Source: the human T2T-CHM13v2.0 reference genome, Homo sapiens. Taken from it: a stretch of DNA of 64,000 nucleotides. Every line of letters begins with the position of its first letter. Position 1 is the stretch's first letter. Shown one piece after another: positions 44,052-57,992 of the stretch. The DNA lies in the NCBI RefSeq assembly GCF_009914755.1, contig NC_060941.1, one strand, 5' to 3'. Position numbers and translations under genes: made by a program. The notes under the pieces are model-generated. The model was not told the DNA's origin and searched no databases. It saw only the letters and a program-made list of their open reading frames with translations.

Positions 44052-44150
44052 GAGAACATACTGTGTTTGGTTTTTCATTCCTGAGTTACTTCACTTAGAA
44101 TAATGGTCTCCAACTCCATTCAGGTTGCTGCGAATGCCATTATTTCATTT
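44052..44150 (-). mobile_element. Displaced middle segment of the same L1PB
   Basis: GAGAACATACTGTGTTTGG...TTACTTCACTTAGAATAATGG...GAATGCCATTATTTC fills the gap between the pieces ending at 42840 and 43264. Confidence 0.85.
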
Positions 44151-44373
44151 CTTTCTTTCTTTTTTTTTTTTTTTTTTTGAGACAGAGTTTCACTCTTGTC
44201 ACCCAAGCTGGAGTGCAATGGTACGATCTCGGCTCGGCTCACTGCAACCTCTGCCTCCTGGGTTCAAGAGATTCTCCTGCCTCAGCCTCTGAGTAGCTGG
44301 GATTACAGGTGCCCACCACCACGCCTGGCTAATTTTTGTATTTTTAGGTAGATACAGGGTTTCACCATGTTGG
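44151..44373 (-). mobile_element. Alu (Sq/Sp-like), 5' ~90 bp missing
   Basis: Poly(T) then GAGTTTCACTCTTGTCACCCAAGCTGGAGTGCAATGG...CACCATGTTGG. Confidence 0.92.
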
Positions 44374-44439
44374 TGAATTATTGCTAAGAAAGAACCACAA
44401 ACAAGTCTATCATAAAATAAAGAAGAAGAAAGCAGGGTT

Positions 44440-44730
44440 GTGACAAACTTCATGAAGGACGAGGCAATTCAGCTGAACGCAAAGAATAGTCAGGATTGTA
44501 ACAGACAAAATGGGGCTGATGAATACTCCATCTGTGGAGCACATTTTGAGCAAAGGTGCTGAGGTGGAAGAACACAGAGTAGGTTCTGGGAAGAAGAAAT
44601 GACAGTCCCACGTGACATGTGTGTGCTGTGTATGTGGCTAGACAGGCTGGAAGGAGCAGGAAGTTGGACTGGAGGCAGAGTGCCAGGTCTTGAGGTCTCA
44701 CTAAGTAGATTGGACTTCTCAGCATGAGAA
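44440..44730 (-). mobile_element. L2 fragment
   Basis: TGAGCAAAGGTGCTGAGGTGGAAGAACAC...CTAAGTAGATTGGACTT follows antisense L2. Confidence 0.5.
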
Positions 44731-46539
44731 AAACACAAGACTGTGGCCTGAGGAAGTGAGTCAGCCTTATTTCGTCAATGGAGCATCAAGTAGTGAGGTC
44801 CAAAAACAGTTAAGGATCCAGTATGTGCAATTGTCAAGTTATCTTAACGATTTTGGACTCAAGATAATTTATAATGTATTATATGTACTTGCCCTTGTGC
44901 TATTTTAGAAAGCAAAATATTCTGAAATAATTATTGCTTGTTTCTCTTAAAAAAGGTTGAACTGTAATATAAATAATGCTACAGGTTCAGATAACTGTAG
45001 CACACTTTTACTCCTGTACATATCTATTCTATCCCCCAAATTAAGAAGATATTTACGTGAAGTTAAAAAAAAAAAAAAAACTAATGAAATACTTTATGAC
45101 CTTAATGGCCAACCACTGACTTATTTGATTTTTTTTTAAGTGAGCTGCCTTAATTTACTTGCTGCTTAGAGCTAATCACTATTATTTCTTATTAAAAATT
45201 GACCAAATATAATTTAACATACTCCAGTTTGTCTACCCCTCTTTCTTATCATCAAGTAGTATACTATTTGCAGATGCTACTAGTAATCGATTTGATATTT
45301 AAAAATAAGCAGACTAAACCAAAGCACTTGATCTCATTACCTACATTGGAAAATTAAACATGAAGGTTAGATTTATCAGTAAAGGAGACACTCTCATTAG
45401 GCTGTGATATTGTGATACAACCAAACATTAGTTTGACCTTAGAAATTGTCATGATTATAATAAAACATGGCACATATCCCCTGTGTGACCAGTGGCTTAT
45501 TATCTAATAAATAATTTAATCTAACATGTATATATTCAGATACCACCATGAACAGGCCTTCCATTGTCCATTATGACATTGTGTGCTAGAATGCAATATT
45601 CCTTTAAAACCTCCAAAATAAAAGAAGCAAATACCAGCTTGAGGCCAGACAAGAAGCCTGTGAAACATCAGACAGTTTTCATCACAGCTGGCCAGGCCTG
45701 GGCAGTTTCAGACAAAGGACTTCCGCCTTTATCTGGCCCTTATTTTGATGTCTCATTCAGCTGAAGATAAAAGGAAAGATGTGCTTTGAAATGTAACCAT
45801 TAGGGCGGCAAAGAAATCAACATGCAAATGTCACCCATACATGAATTTGAGATGAAGTCTACATTTGTCACTGCAAACTTAGAGCTTGTTGGTATTTTTT
45901 CCTCCCAAAGCAGTAAGATTTTAAAAAGCAAATAAAAACAACTGTAAATAGATGAGTGCTGAATTTAGTTCAACTGGAATTCTTTAACTACTTATGCATT
46001 TTGTTCACAATAAGCACAGAGAACTAACATATACATGTTAAGGTTACATGGAAAGACTGAAAAGAGATGAAATAAAAATAATGAGAAGTGGAGAATGATA
46101 TTATGATACATTAGGTTTAGGCAAGTAACAGAAGGATCGAGAGACTCCACATTGGTGGTTTCAAATATTTTATCAATTTCTATCATGAAAATGAGCTAAT
46201 TTCTTGGGAAAACTAACGTACATTTTCAAAGAAGGTTGCACAACTACCTGAGGTGATAGTGACCTGAGAGAGATGGACAAGTTATAATTTTAATTTTACA
46301 GATAACCTAAAATAAAAATTTACAAACTATGAAATATTAATTGGGTTCATTTACAAAATTCAAATAGTTGCAAATGCGTCTTTTGTATATGGATTCTCAT
46401 TCTCCTGGTTCAGAAGAAATTTTCTAAATTTGTGACTTCAAATAGTTAGTTTGTGTGAATTTGTCAGAGTTTTAAGTTTGGTTCTGTATTTTTACCATTA
46501 AAAATTCCGAGGAAAATAACTTGTCACTCCCCCCAACTC

Positions 46540-46825
46540 TGAACATACAAATCCATAAGAGAATTACAGGGTTGATTAAGAGCCTGGAAAGGATCTGAAG
46601 ATGTTCATTCTGGAATTTAAGATTTGACACTGGGCAAGACCAAAATAGTTGTGTTAAAATAATTGGAGGGCTCTTATAAAGAAGATGAACTTTATGTGAT
46701 CTGTGCAGGTATCTAAGAGAGAAGGACGAATACTATGTTAACTAAAGAGAAGAAAATTTTTTAATAATTTAACTGAGTCAAAAATTGAATAGTACACTTT
46801 ACAAGTATGGCATCTAGAAGGTCAC
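46540..46825 (+). mobile_element. CR1/L3 fossil
   Basis: GGGTTGATTAAGAGCCTGGAAA...GATGTTCATTCTGGA...ATAGTTGTGTTAAAATAATTGGAGGGCT...AAGAAAATTTTTTAATAATT resembles the L3 3' region. Confidence 0.5.
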
Positions 46826-46954
46826 CATCATGCATTTATTTGGGTTGTGAACTCTGGAACAGAATTGGGGAATATAAAGATAAGTAAGATATAATCTTTG
46901 CCTAAAGATTTAAAATTTTTAGGAAGGCAAAGAGAATTAAAGGTAAAGTATATG

Positions 46955-48659
46955 AAATCTACATTTAAAAAATGAATTTAGACACAGATCTTGTTCCTTT
47001 TATACAAATTAACTCAAAACATATCATGGGCCTAAATGTAAAATGCCACACTATAAAACTCCTGGAAGATAACTTAGGTGAAAAACTAGATGACCTTGGC
47101 TATGGCAATGACATTTTAGATATGACACCAAAGGCAGAATCCATGAGAGAAATAATTGATAAGGGGGACTCCATTAAAATTAAAAACTCCTCCTTTGCAA
47201 AAGACAATGTCAAGAGAATGAGAAGACAATCCGCAAACTGGGAGAAAATATTTGAAAAGACATATCTGACAAAGGACTGCTATCCAAAATATACAAACAA
47301 CTCTAAAAACCCAACAGTAAGAAACGAACTGATGAAAAAATGGGTCAAAAATTTTAACAGATATTTCACCAAAGAAGCTACACAGATGACAAAAAGCATA
47401 TGAAAAGGTGCTCTACGTCATATGTCATCAGAAAAATGAAAATTAAAACAACAATTTGATACCACTACGTAACTATTAATGGTTAACACTGACAACACTA
47501 AATACTTATGAGGATGTGGAGCAACAGGGGCTCTCATTCATTGCTGGTGGGAATGAAAATTGTGTAGCCATTTTGGCAAACAGTTTGACAGTTTCCTTCC
47601 TCCTTCCCTCCCTCCCTTCCTTCCTTCCCTCCCAGGGTCTCACTCTATTGCCCAGGCTGGAGTGCAGTGGCATAATTATGGCTCACGGCAGCCTTGACTT
47701 TCAGGGCTCAAGCTATCCTCCTACCTCAGCCTCCCAAGCAGTTGTAACTACAGGCACATGTCACCACAGCAGGCTATTTTATTTTTATTTTTAGTATAGA
47801 TGGCATTTCACTATGTTGCCCATGCTGGTCTTAAACTCCTGGGTTCAAGTGATCCTCTTGCCTCGGCTTTCCAAAGTGCTGTGATTATGGGCATGAGCCA
47901 CTGTGCCCTGCCAGTTTGGCACTTCCTTACAAAACTGAACATACTCTTACTATATGATCCGGCAAGTGTACTTCTTGGTATTTACTCAAAGGAGTTGAAA
48001 ACGTATGGTCACACAAAAACTTGTGCATGTATGTTTATAGCAGCCTTATTCATAATTTCCAAAACATGTAAGCAACCAAAATATCCTTCAGTAAATAAGT
48101 AGATAAATAAGCTGTGGACAATTAAATGTTATTCAGCACTAAAAAGACATGAGTTATCAAACCATAAGGACATAGAGGAACCTTAAATATGTATTATTAC
48201 ATGAAGGAAGCAAGTCTAAGAAGGCTACATATTGTATAATTCAGACTATGTGGCATTCTGGAAAAGAAGAAACTATGGAGACAGTGAAAAGATCAGTGGT
48301 TGCCAGAGGTTGGGTGGTGGTGATGAACAGGTGAAGCAGGAGGATTTAGGGGGCAGTGAAAATACTTGCACAATAGGATAATGGTAGATATATGTTATCA
48401 TACATTTTTCCAAATCCATAGAATATACAACACCAATAGTGAATCCTACTTTAAACAGTGAACTTTGAGTGACTATGGTGTGCCAATTTAGGCTCATCAC
48501 TTGTAACCCGTGTACCACTCTGGTGAAGAATGTTGATAATGGGGATAATACAAGCTGCACATGTAGAGGACAGTGGTATATGAGAAATCTCTGTACCTTC
48601 CTCCTCTCAATTTCGCTGTTAACCTAAAACTGCTCTAAAAAATAAAATCATCTAAAAAA
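46955..48659 (+). mobile_element. L1MC (L1MC1-like) 3' part, interrupted by AluJ
   Basis: ORF 46972-47403 is an L1 ORF2 remnant (QINSKHIMGLNVK..TIKLLEDNLGE..WEKIF); same 3' UTR end as the copy at 37420-39104. Confidence 0.9.
47596..47912 (-). mobile_element. AluJo with a CT-rich tail
   Basis: GCATAATTATGGCTCACGGCAGCCTTGAC...GGGCTCAAGC; TSD AGTTTG(A/G)CA(G/C)TT. Confidence 0.92.
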
Positions 48660-49223
48660 CATGGTACATTATGATTGGAAATTTAGAAGAGATCAAAGGT
48701 GACACGTTTGGGTGTTTCCTCTTGAGCTGAGTATTTGTTGGAGAGTAAGATGTCCTGGAATACTTACAGAATAGATAATACTTAAATTGAAATTTGAAGA
48801 AAAAGTAGGACATAGCCAGAGTTGACAGAATGTCTTAAGAGTATTTGAGAAGCAATTTAGTTGTTAGTTCAGGTATTAAGCTAAATAATGTTTAAATCCA
48901 ATCCATCTGTGAACTAAATGATTTTCAATGTCAATTCAAATTCATGATTTAAAAATTTTGAGTTTACACTACATAGAAAAATTAATTCAAAATAAATTCA
49001 TGACTTAAATGTAAGACTAAAAAGCATAAAACTTGTAGAAGAAAACATAAAAGGGAAAAGCTTCATACATTGGATTTAGTAATGATATATTGGATATGAC
49101 AGCAAAAGCATGTGCAACAGAAGGAAACAGATCAACTGGACTACATAAAAACTGTAAAATTCCGTGCATTAAAGGACACAATCAACAGAATTGAAAGGCA
49201 ACACATAGAATGGGAAAACTATT

Positions 49224-49536
<313 letters not shown>

Positions 49537-50376
49537 CTATTTACAAATGATATACCTGATAAGGGATTAATATCCAGAATATATAAAGAACCCCTATGAA
49601 TCCACATCAGCAAATAACTGAATTAATAAATGGACAAAGGATTTGCATAAACATTTCTCCAAAGAAGACATACAGATGGCCAATGTGCCCATGAAAAGAT
49701 GCTCAACATCACTAATCACTAAGGAAATGCAAATCAAAACCACAATGGGATATCATCTCACACTCATTAGGATGTCTACTATAAAGTAAAACACAAAATA
49801 ACAAGTGTTGGAGAGGATGCAGGAATATCAGAAATCTTGTGACTGTTGGTGGGAACGTAAAATGGTGCAGCTACTATAAAAAACAGAATGGTGGTTCCTC
49901 AAATATTAATAATGAAATTACCAATATAATCCAGCAATTCCACTTCTGGGTGTATGCCCAAAAGAATTGAAAGCAAGTACTCAAACAGAGAAAAGATAGA
50001 AGCAACTCAGTATCCAACAACAGATGGATGGATAAACAAAATGTGGTATATACATACAATGGAGTATTATTCACCCTTCAAGAAGAAGTTAATTCTGACA
50101 CAAACTATAACATGGATGAACCTTTAGGGGTCTATGCTAACTGAAATAAGCCAGCTGCAAAAGGACAGACTCCACTTAAATTAGGTACTTAAAATAGTCA
50201 AATTCATAGGGACAGAAAGTAGAATGGTGGTTGCCAGCAGAAGAGGAATTGTCCTAGAGCAGGCACAGAGTTTCAGTTTTGCAGGATGAAAGGGCTCTGT
50301 GGATGAAGAGTGGTCATGGTAGCCCAACAATGTGAATGTACTTAAGGCCAATGTGCACTTAAAAATGGTTAACATG

Positions 50377-50739
<363 letters not shown>

Positions 50740-51089
50740 TTAAAATAGAATAAATTAGGACATTTTTATTTGAAATATTTTTAGAAGTTATGTTGTTGAT
50801 TTGTTTTACTATTTCAATAGAATAGGTTAGAAAAAAAGTATTGATAAGTCAGGTGTAAGCCTTCCATCGGGTAATCTGCAGCTACAATGAACAATGAGAG
50901 GTTTTATATCCTTTATATATTATTTTCCACTTAGTTAACTTCCCTAACTACATTGTGGACATGCAATTTATAGTAGCTATTACATTCCTATGTCCTTAAA
51001 ATTATTTCAAAGTAGATTGGGAGGAAAAGGGGTCATCTTTATGTACATATTCCACCTGAGGCATCAGATTCCAACAAGATAATCTAGAG

Positions 51090-51280
51090 CAAGCTTGTCC
51101 AACCCATAGCCCTCAGGCTGCATGGGGTCCAGGATAGCTTTGAATGCAGCCCAACACAAATTTGTAAACTTTCTTAAAACATTATGAGATTTTTTGCTAT
51201 ATACATATATATCGCAATACATATATATCATGATATATATATATCACAATATATAAATATATATTTATGTTAATTATATA

Positions 51281-51353
<73 letters not shown>

Positions 51354-51448
51354 ATCAGCTATTGTTAGTGATAGTATATTTTATGTGTGGCCCAAGACAA
51401 TTCTTCTTCCCATGTGGCCCAGGGAAGCCAAAAGATTGGACACCCCTG
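51090..51448. mobile_element. MER30 hAT element with an internal microsatellite expansion
   Basis: CAAGCTTGTCCAACCC...GCTTTGAATGCAGCCCAACACAAATT...GGCCCAGGGAAGCCAAAAGATTGGACACCCCTG; preceded by the hAT-type target ATCTAGAG. Confidence 0.9.
51284..51349. repeat. Perfect compound microsatellite (TG)17(TA)16
   Basis: Directly visible. Confidence 0.97.
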
Positions 51449-51960
51449 AAGGATGTGAAACAGATTCCTACACGTTTTGAGCAGAAGCCAGCAATGGATT
51501 GCTCTCTGGGAATAAGCATCTATAGCTAGCTCATGAATCTGTCCCAAGTATATGCTGTATTTTCCAGGGACCATCATCACTTCATTTCATGCTGTGAAAT
51601 GAATGAGGTTGGGGTGGCCAATCAGTTACATTGAAGTAATGGCCATAATTGAAACAAATCTCAACAGATCAAAAACATATTTTCACAAATTAGATCATTT
51701 ATATGCCTTGAAAGTTTATTACAAACATGCCTATGGGTGCTATAATAGCAGGTTCATCATCTAAAACATTGTATTTCTTAAAAAATCCACTCTCATAACA
51801 CATTTATATTTTAATGCTAAAAAAAATTCTAACCAGTAAAGATTTGAAATCACCCATTAAAACAATTGATATAAATGTTCTTTCTAAATTGTAACTTGGG
51901 AAAACATTATAGTGTTTACTGTTGCAACATACTGGCTTGGAAAGGATTTTCCTCCCCGCA

Positions 51961-52076
51961 AAGGTTTGCCAAATAAAATACAAATATAACATGCAATGTA
52001 CCACAAAAAATGTTGTTCGTCTGAAATTCAAATTTAACTGGATGTCCTGTATTTTTATTTGCTAAATATAGCCCTC
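51961..52076. mobile_element. MER53-like hAT MITE, internally deleted
   Basis: TCTGAAATTCAAATTTAACTGGATGTCCTGTATTTTTATTTGCTAAAT; left end TTGCCAAATAAAATACA. Confidence 0.75.
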
Positions 52077-52923
52077 TCACACAATAGCCAGAAAATGAAG
52101 GCTTCACAATTTGGACATTTTACTTACTGCTCTCCAGAAAGACACAGAGGGAGAATTAGTTATCTCTAACACTTACTACATTTGATCCTAGTTTTCAGGG
52201 ACATTTTCTTCAATATCATCTTGAAAACTGCTAAAGTTATTTAGGACCCTGAAATCTTGGATGGGGTCTGTGTTTTTCACCATCGCTCACAAGCACATAC
52301 CCTAGCATTCCTGCACAGCAGATGCTCAATAAATAGATGTTGATTCAATAATTATATAAAACCAAAGCACTGGGATTATTAATGCTCATAAATTATATCA
52401 ACTTCAGCTTTGTGCCTAGTTGATGATTCTGTTCTCTGAGTTACTAGTAGACTCAGCCACTTAATTGTTAATGTCACTATTATGCAAGTTCAACCTAAAT
52501 CTACAAAGGCCTTGGGACAATAGGATAAAAACAAGATTCTACCTCTATCAAAATATGGATGAGTTGGCTAATTGAATTTCATTTTTGTGTAATGTAAAAG
52601 TGATATCATTTCCATAAGCCAGGTGACAATGGAGATGTCTGCCTAAAACATGGGGCCTTTTTCACTCACGAAAAAAGTGTACTAGAGGCTAGAGGCAGCT
52701 TTTTCATTATTCACTTTAATAAAGGCAATAAGAAATATAATATTGCAAATACTTATTTTCATTATTTGACTATTATGATTAATAACACAAATAATTTTTA
52801 TTATAAAAGATTGATTTATTTGAGCACTAAGTGCCAATAACTCTGCTAAGTACTCTGCACACCTTACTTTATTTGTGCATACATTTTTTCTATGTGTTAT
52901 AAGAGTGTTTTTTAAAATATAAC

Positions 52924-53285
52924 TGTGTTAGTCCATTTTCATACTGCTATGAAGAAATATCCTAGACTGGGTGATTTATAAAGAAAAACAGGTTTAATGC
53001 ACTCACAGTTCCACATGGCTGAGGAGGCCTCACAATCATGGTGGAAGGAGAAGGAGGAGCAAAGACATGTCTTGCATGGCACAGGCAAGAGAGCATGTGC
53101 CAGGGAACTGCCCTTTAGGAAGCCATCAGATCTCGTGAGACTTATCCACTATCATGAGAACAGCATGGGAAAAACTACCCCCATGATTCAATTACTTCCC
53201 ACCAGGTCCCTCCCACAACACATGGAGATTATGGGAGCTACGATTCAAGGTGAGATTTGGGTGGGGACATAGCGAAACCATATCA
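52924..53285 (-). mobile_element. THE1C solo LTR
   Basis: TGTGTTAGTCC...GAGGAGGCCTCACAATCATGG...GAGATTTGGGTGGGGACA...AAACCATATCA; 5-bp TSD ATAAC / ATGAC. Confidence 0.93.
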
Positions 53286-54344
53286 ATGACACAGCTCTAA
53301 TCCATGTTGGTTTGAAAAAATGAATAAATACATGTGTTTCTTTCCAATGAGTAAAGTAGAAACTCTAAACTTCTTACTAGTCTGATAGACCACCCTAGGA
53401 CTACATCATAGCTTTAGGTGAAAACAGTACTTAATAAGGTCAAAAATCCTTTTTGGGAAATGAATAATTTGTATAAGTTTGAATGCTTTGGGATTTGGTA
53501 GAAAAATCTAGTTATGTCTGACAAAGACAATAATAAAAAACTAATAGGTACGTTTCAGTTTTTCTGCAATGAAAGCCTTATTATAGTAATCTTAATATAC
53601 ATGAAACTTCAAGCCTAGGACAAGAAGAAAATTAGTTTAGAGAATAATAATATCTCTCTTGAAGTTAGTGATGTAAGGAATAAACATTTAGTTATCTTTT
53701 TAGAAGTGCAAGTGCAATTTTTATTGCCTATTTGCTAGTCACATATTCAACAATGTACAAGTGAAATACTGAATGTAATAGCTAAGGAGAACTTGTTAGT
53801 CAATGGCTAGCTGATTATAATTGGATGAAATTACACTGTTAATTTTCAAGTCATCTAAGTGTGAAATGGACAGAGGGAACAGTAGAAAAATGATATCAAG
53901 CATTGAGATATCCTGGGCAAATAATACCTGTATTTTGGTACATAATGTGAAGTCTAGGTTGCCAACTTAAATGGTGAAAAATATCTCATTGAATAAGCAT
54001 GATGGCTTAGGACTTATACAACTTATTTCAATCTAAGAAATTACAATAAAAAATGAGTAAGTTAGTTTGTTTAGGATTATGTCTTCACAACAGCACAGCT
54101 TGACATTCTCAGCATTGAACATTATTATTCTGAAGTTCTACGTAGAACACTCTCTAAGTAAATGTTCAGAGTTTGCTTCTTTAACACAAATGCCTTCTCC
54201 AATCTGAAAATTATACAGCTTTAATTTACAGGCAAAACTGAATCTAAATAAAAAACTTGCAACCCAATTTTTAAAATCAGAAACATATATGATTCTGAAG
54301 ATGGTGATGGGTGTTTCTTCAGTTGTTATGGCAGAGATGGCTCT

Positions 54345-57243
54345 GTAGTCCGTGGTGCAGAGTTGCTATGGAGAACAACTGTTCAACCAAGAACTACTTT
54401 TTTCATCTCCCTCTGCATCTTGATAGGGTCAAGTGACTAGTTCTACCAAAGATATGGAAGCAAAAGTGAAGTAGGTCAAAATATTTTGGCTAAAGTTTTT
54501 AAAAAGGGGGTGTGCATTCTTTATGTTCTCTTTCTCTACCTTGCAGCTGGGTGTTGACGGCTGATGCACAAAATAACTTTGTAAACCATGTTTTGAAAAT
54601 AATAGACCCTCTCTCATGAATGACTGGGAACAAAGCTACTACTCAAATAGAACCCTATCCCTCTCCACTGCTGATATAGTTTAGATATGTATCCACACCC
54701 AAATCTCATGCTGAATTGTAATCCCCAATGTTGGTGGGAGGTGGTGGGTCATGGGGGTGCGTTATCATGAATGGTTTAGCACCATCCCCTTGGTGCTGTT
54801 CTCATGACAGTGAGTGAGTTCTCAGGAGATCTGGTTGTTTAAAAGTGTGTGGCACCTCCCCCCTCTCTCTTGCTCTTGCTCCTGCTCCTGCACCTGCAGT
54901 GTGAGATACTTATTCCCCCTTTGCCTTGCACCACGATTGGAAGCTTCCTGAGGCCTCCTCCGGAAGCCAAAGCCACTATGCTTCCTGTACAGCCTGCAGA
55001 ATCATGAGCCAGTTAAAGCACTTCTATTCATAAATTACCCAGTCTCAGGTATTTCTTTATAGCAATACAAGAACAAACTAATGCAGAAAATCGTTATCAA
55101 GGAGTGGGGCATTGCTCTAAAGATACTTGAAAATGTGGAAACAACTTTGGAATTGGGTAACAGGTAGAGTTTGGGAGAGTGTGGAGGGCTCAGGGGAAGA
55201 CTGGAAGATGGGGGAATGTTTAGAACTTCTTGGAGACTAGTTACATGGTTGTGATCAAAATCAAGTGACAGTGAAGTCTGGGCTGACAAGGTCTCAGATG
55301 AAAATGAGGAACTTATTGGGAACTGGAGTAAAGGTCACTTTTGTTATTCATTAGCAAAGAAATTGGCTGCATTATGTCCATGTCCTAGGGATCTATGAAG
55401 GTTTGAACTGAGAGTGATGACCTAGGGTATTTGGTAGAAGAAATTTCTAAGCTGCAGTATTCAAGATTTTGCCTGGCTGCTTCTAAAAACCTACAATCAG
55501 ATGCAAGATCAAAGGAATGACTTGAAGTTGGAGCTTATATTTTAAAGGGAAGCAGAGCATAAAAGTTTAGAAAATTTGTAGCCTGGCCATGTGGGAGAGA
55601 AAGAAAAAGCTTTTTTGAGAGAGGAAATCAAGCAGTCTGCTGAGAAACTGTTTCCTAGAGAAATCTGCATAATCAAAAAAGGAGGCAAGTGATGATAGCC
55701 AAAACAATAGGGAAAGGGCCTTGAAGGCAATTCATAGAGCTTCCCAGTAGCCCCTCTCATCACAGGCCTGGAGGCCTAGGAGGAAAGAATAGCTTCCTGC
55801 ACAAGGCCCAGGGCCCACTGCTCTGCACAGCCCCAGGACACTGTTCCTTGCATCCCAGCTGCTCCAGCTCCAGCTCCAGCCCTGGCCCAAAGGGGCCAAG
55901 GTACTGCTCAGGCCACTGCTTCAGAGGGTGCAAGCCATAAGCCTTGGTGGCTTGCACATGGTGTTAAGCCTGTGGGTGCACACAGTGCAAGAGTTGAGGA
56001 TTCAGAGTCTCCAACTAGATTTCAAAGCATCTAGAAAAGCCTGAGTGTCCAAGCACAAACCTGCTACAGGTGAGGAGACCTCATGGAAAGCCTTTACTAG
56101 GGTAGTAAAGAGGGGAAATTTGGGGTTGGCGACCCCACACAGAGTCCCCACTGGGGCACTGCCTAGTGGAGCTGTGATAGGAGGGCCACTATCCTCCAGA
56201 CTAAGGAATGGTAGATCCACTGACAATTTGCACCCTGTGCCTGGAAAATCAACAGAGACTCAACTCCAGCCCATGAGAGCAGCTTTGGGAGCCAAACGCT
56301 GCAAAGCCACAGGGAAAGAGCTGCTCAAGGCCTTGGGAGACCACCCCTTACACTAGTGTGCCCTGGACATGGGACATGAAGTTAAAGAAGGCTATTTTGG
56401 AGCTTTAAGATTTAACTACTTCCCTGCTGGATTTTGAACTTGGCTGGGGCCTGTAGCTTCTTTCTTTTGGCCAATTTCTGCCTTTGGGAATGAAAATGAT
56501 TACCCAATACCTAACTCCATTGCATCTTGGAAGAGACTAACTTGTTTTATATTTTACAGGCTCATAGGTAAAAGGGACTTGTCTTATTTCAGATGACACT
56601 TTGGACTCTGGACTATTGAGTTAATGCTAGAAGGAGTTAAAACTTTGGGGGACTATTGGGAAGGCATGATTGTATTTTGAAATGTGAGAAAGACATGAGA
56701 TTTGGGAGGGGTGGGGGTGGAATAATAGAGTTTGGATATTTTTCGCCTCCCAAATCTCATGTTGAATGGTAGTTCCCATGTTGGAGGAGAGGCCTTGTGG
56801 GAGGTGGTTGGATCATAGGGCTGGATTCATATAAATAGTTTAGCACCATCCCTTGGGTGCTGTTCTCATGATAGTGAGTGGGTTCTCAGAAGATCTGGTT
56901 GTTTAAAAGTGTGTGGCACCTCCCCTCTGTCTCTTGCTCTTGCTTCTGCTCCTGCCATGTGAGACCCTTACTCCTCCTTTGCCTTCCACCATGATTTGAA
57001 TTTTCCTGAGGCCTCCCCAGAAGCAGAAGCCATGATGCTTCCTGTAGAGCCTGAAGAGCCATGATTCAATTAAAACCCTTTTCTTTATAAATTGTCCAGT
57101 CTCAGTTATTTCTTTATAGCAATGCAAGAACGGACTAATACAGCTGCTGTTTAGACTTCACGTGAGCAAGCATTCAACTTCTGTGCTATGACAGTAAGCA
57201 ACTAGCATTCATTTAATTCAGTCTTACTTACCCTTACATCTAA
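54345..57243 (+). mobile_element. Old MLT1 (I/J-like) LTR split by the MSTA insertion (pieces ~54345-54671 and ~57148-57243)
   Basis: GAGTTGCTATGGAGAAC...GAACTAC...GTGACTAGTTCTACCAA...AAAGTGA on the left; GACTTCACGTGAGCAAG on the right. Confidence 0.55.
54672..57142 (+). mobile_element. Full-length MSTA MaLR: 5' LTR 54672-55085, internal 55086-56722, 3' LTR 56723-57142
   Basis: Two colinear LTRs (TTTAGCACCATCCC...CTGAGGCCTC...TGCTTCCTGTA.AGCCTG...ACTAAT.CA); PPT TTTGGGAGGGGTGGGGG; TSD ACTGC / GCTGC. Confidence 0.95.
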
Positions 57244-57304
57244 TCAAAATTTTGTTAATTCTGTCTCTTTGATATGTACTAAATCTGCAATTATTTTCTT
57301 TATT

Positions 57305-57992
57305 AGTGCACTAGTAGCACTGTAGCCTAAGCCACCATCATTTAAACACAGATAGAGATGGGGATCTCTTGTGAATCTCCTTGCTTTCCATTTGTGTTGT
57401 CTTTGGCCCATTCTAAATAACGCATCCACAGTAACCTTTAAAACTGAGACTCAGGCCATTTCACTTTTCTGTTTGAAGATGTTCAAAGGCTTTATTGTAC
57501 TATTTAAAAAAAAAAAGAAGGTCTTACCTTGGTCTAAAAAGTTTGAATGGCTTGTCTTTGCTTGCCTTTCTAATCTGTACCACCCCATTTCCTCACTCCT
57601 CCCCCGTCAAGCTCTGTCTCTGTTCTCACTGCTTTGTTGCTCAAACAGATCAAATATTTTCATTCCAAGTGAATGCTCACTTGTTTCTTCATCTCTTTGA
57701 ACTCCAAATGCTAAATTCCAAGATCTTATAGGTAGCTCATTTTTACCCTCCTTAGAAAAGCTGTCTCTTATTCTATCTTTAGCTGGCCTTACTCATTTGG
57801 TCTCTATTGAATTATTTTATTTGTGTCATTTATAGTTTTGCACAATCTGTGATTGTCTTATTTGTTGCTGACTTGATGTTTGGTTTCCCCACATAAAATA
57901 TAAATACTACAAAGGAAGAGGCAATGTCTACTATATTTGTTGATATATTCCCAGCAGCAGGCAGAGTCTGCACATAAACAAATGACCAATGC
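57305..57992 (+). mobile_element. L2 3' region (terminus continues after the MLT2 at ~58775-58800)
   Basis: GCCTAAGCCACCATCATT...TTTCCCCACATAAAATATAAA...TATATTCCCAGCAGC; ...AATAATTGTTGAATGA after the LTR. Confidence 0.6.

Noticed and set aside
46972-47403. 143-aa ORF with a real ATG
   Set aside because: Remnant of L1 ORF2 in a 5'-truncated L1MC; not a host gene.
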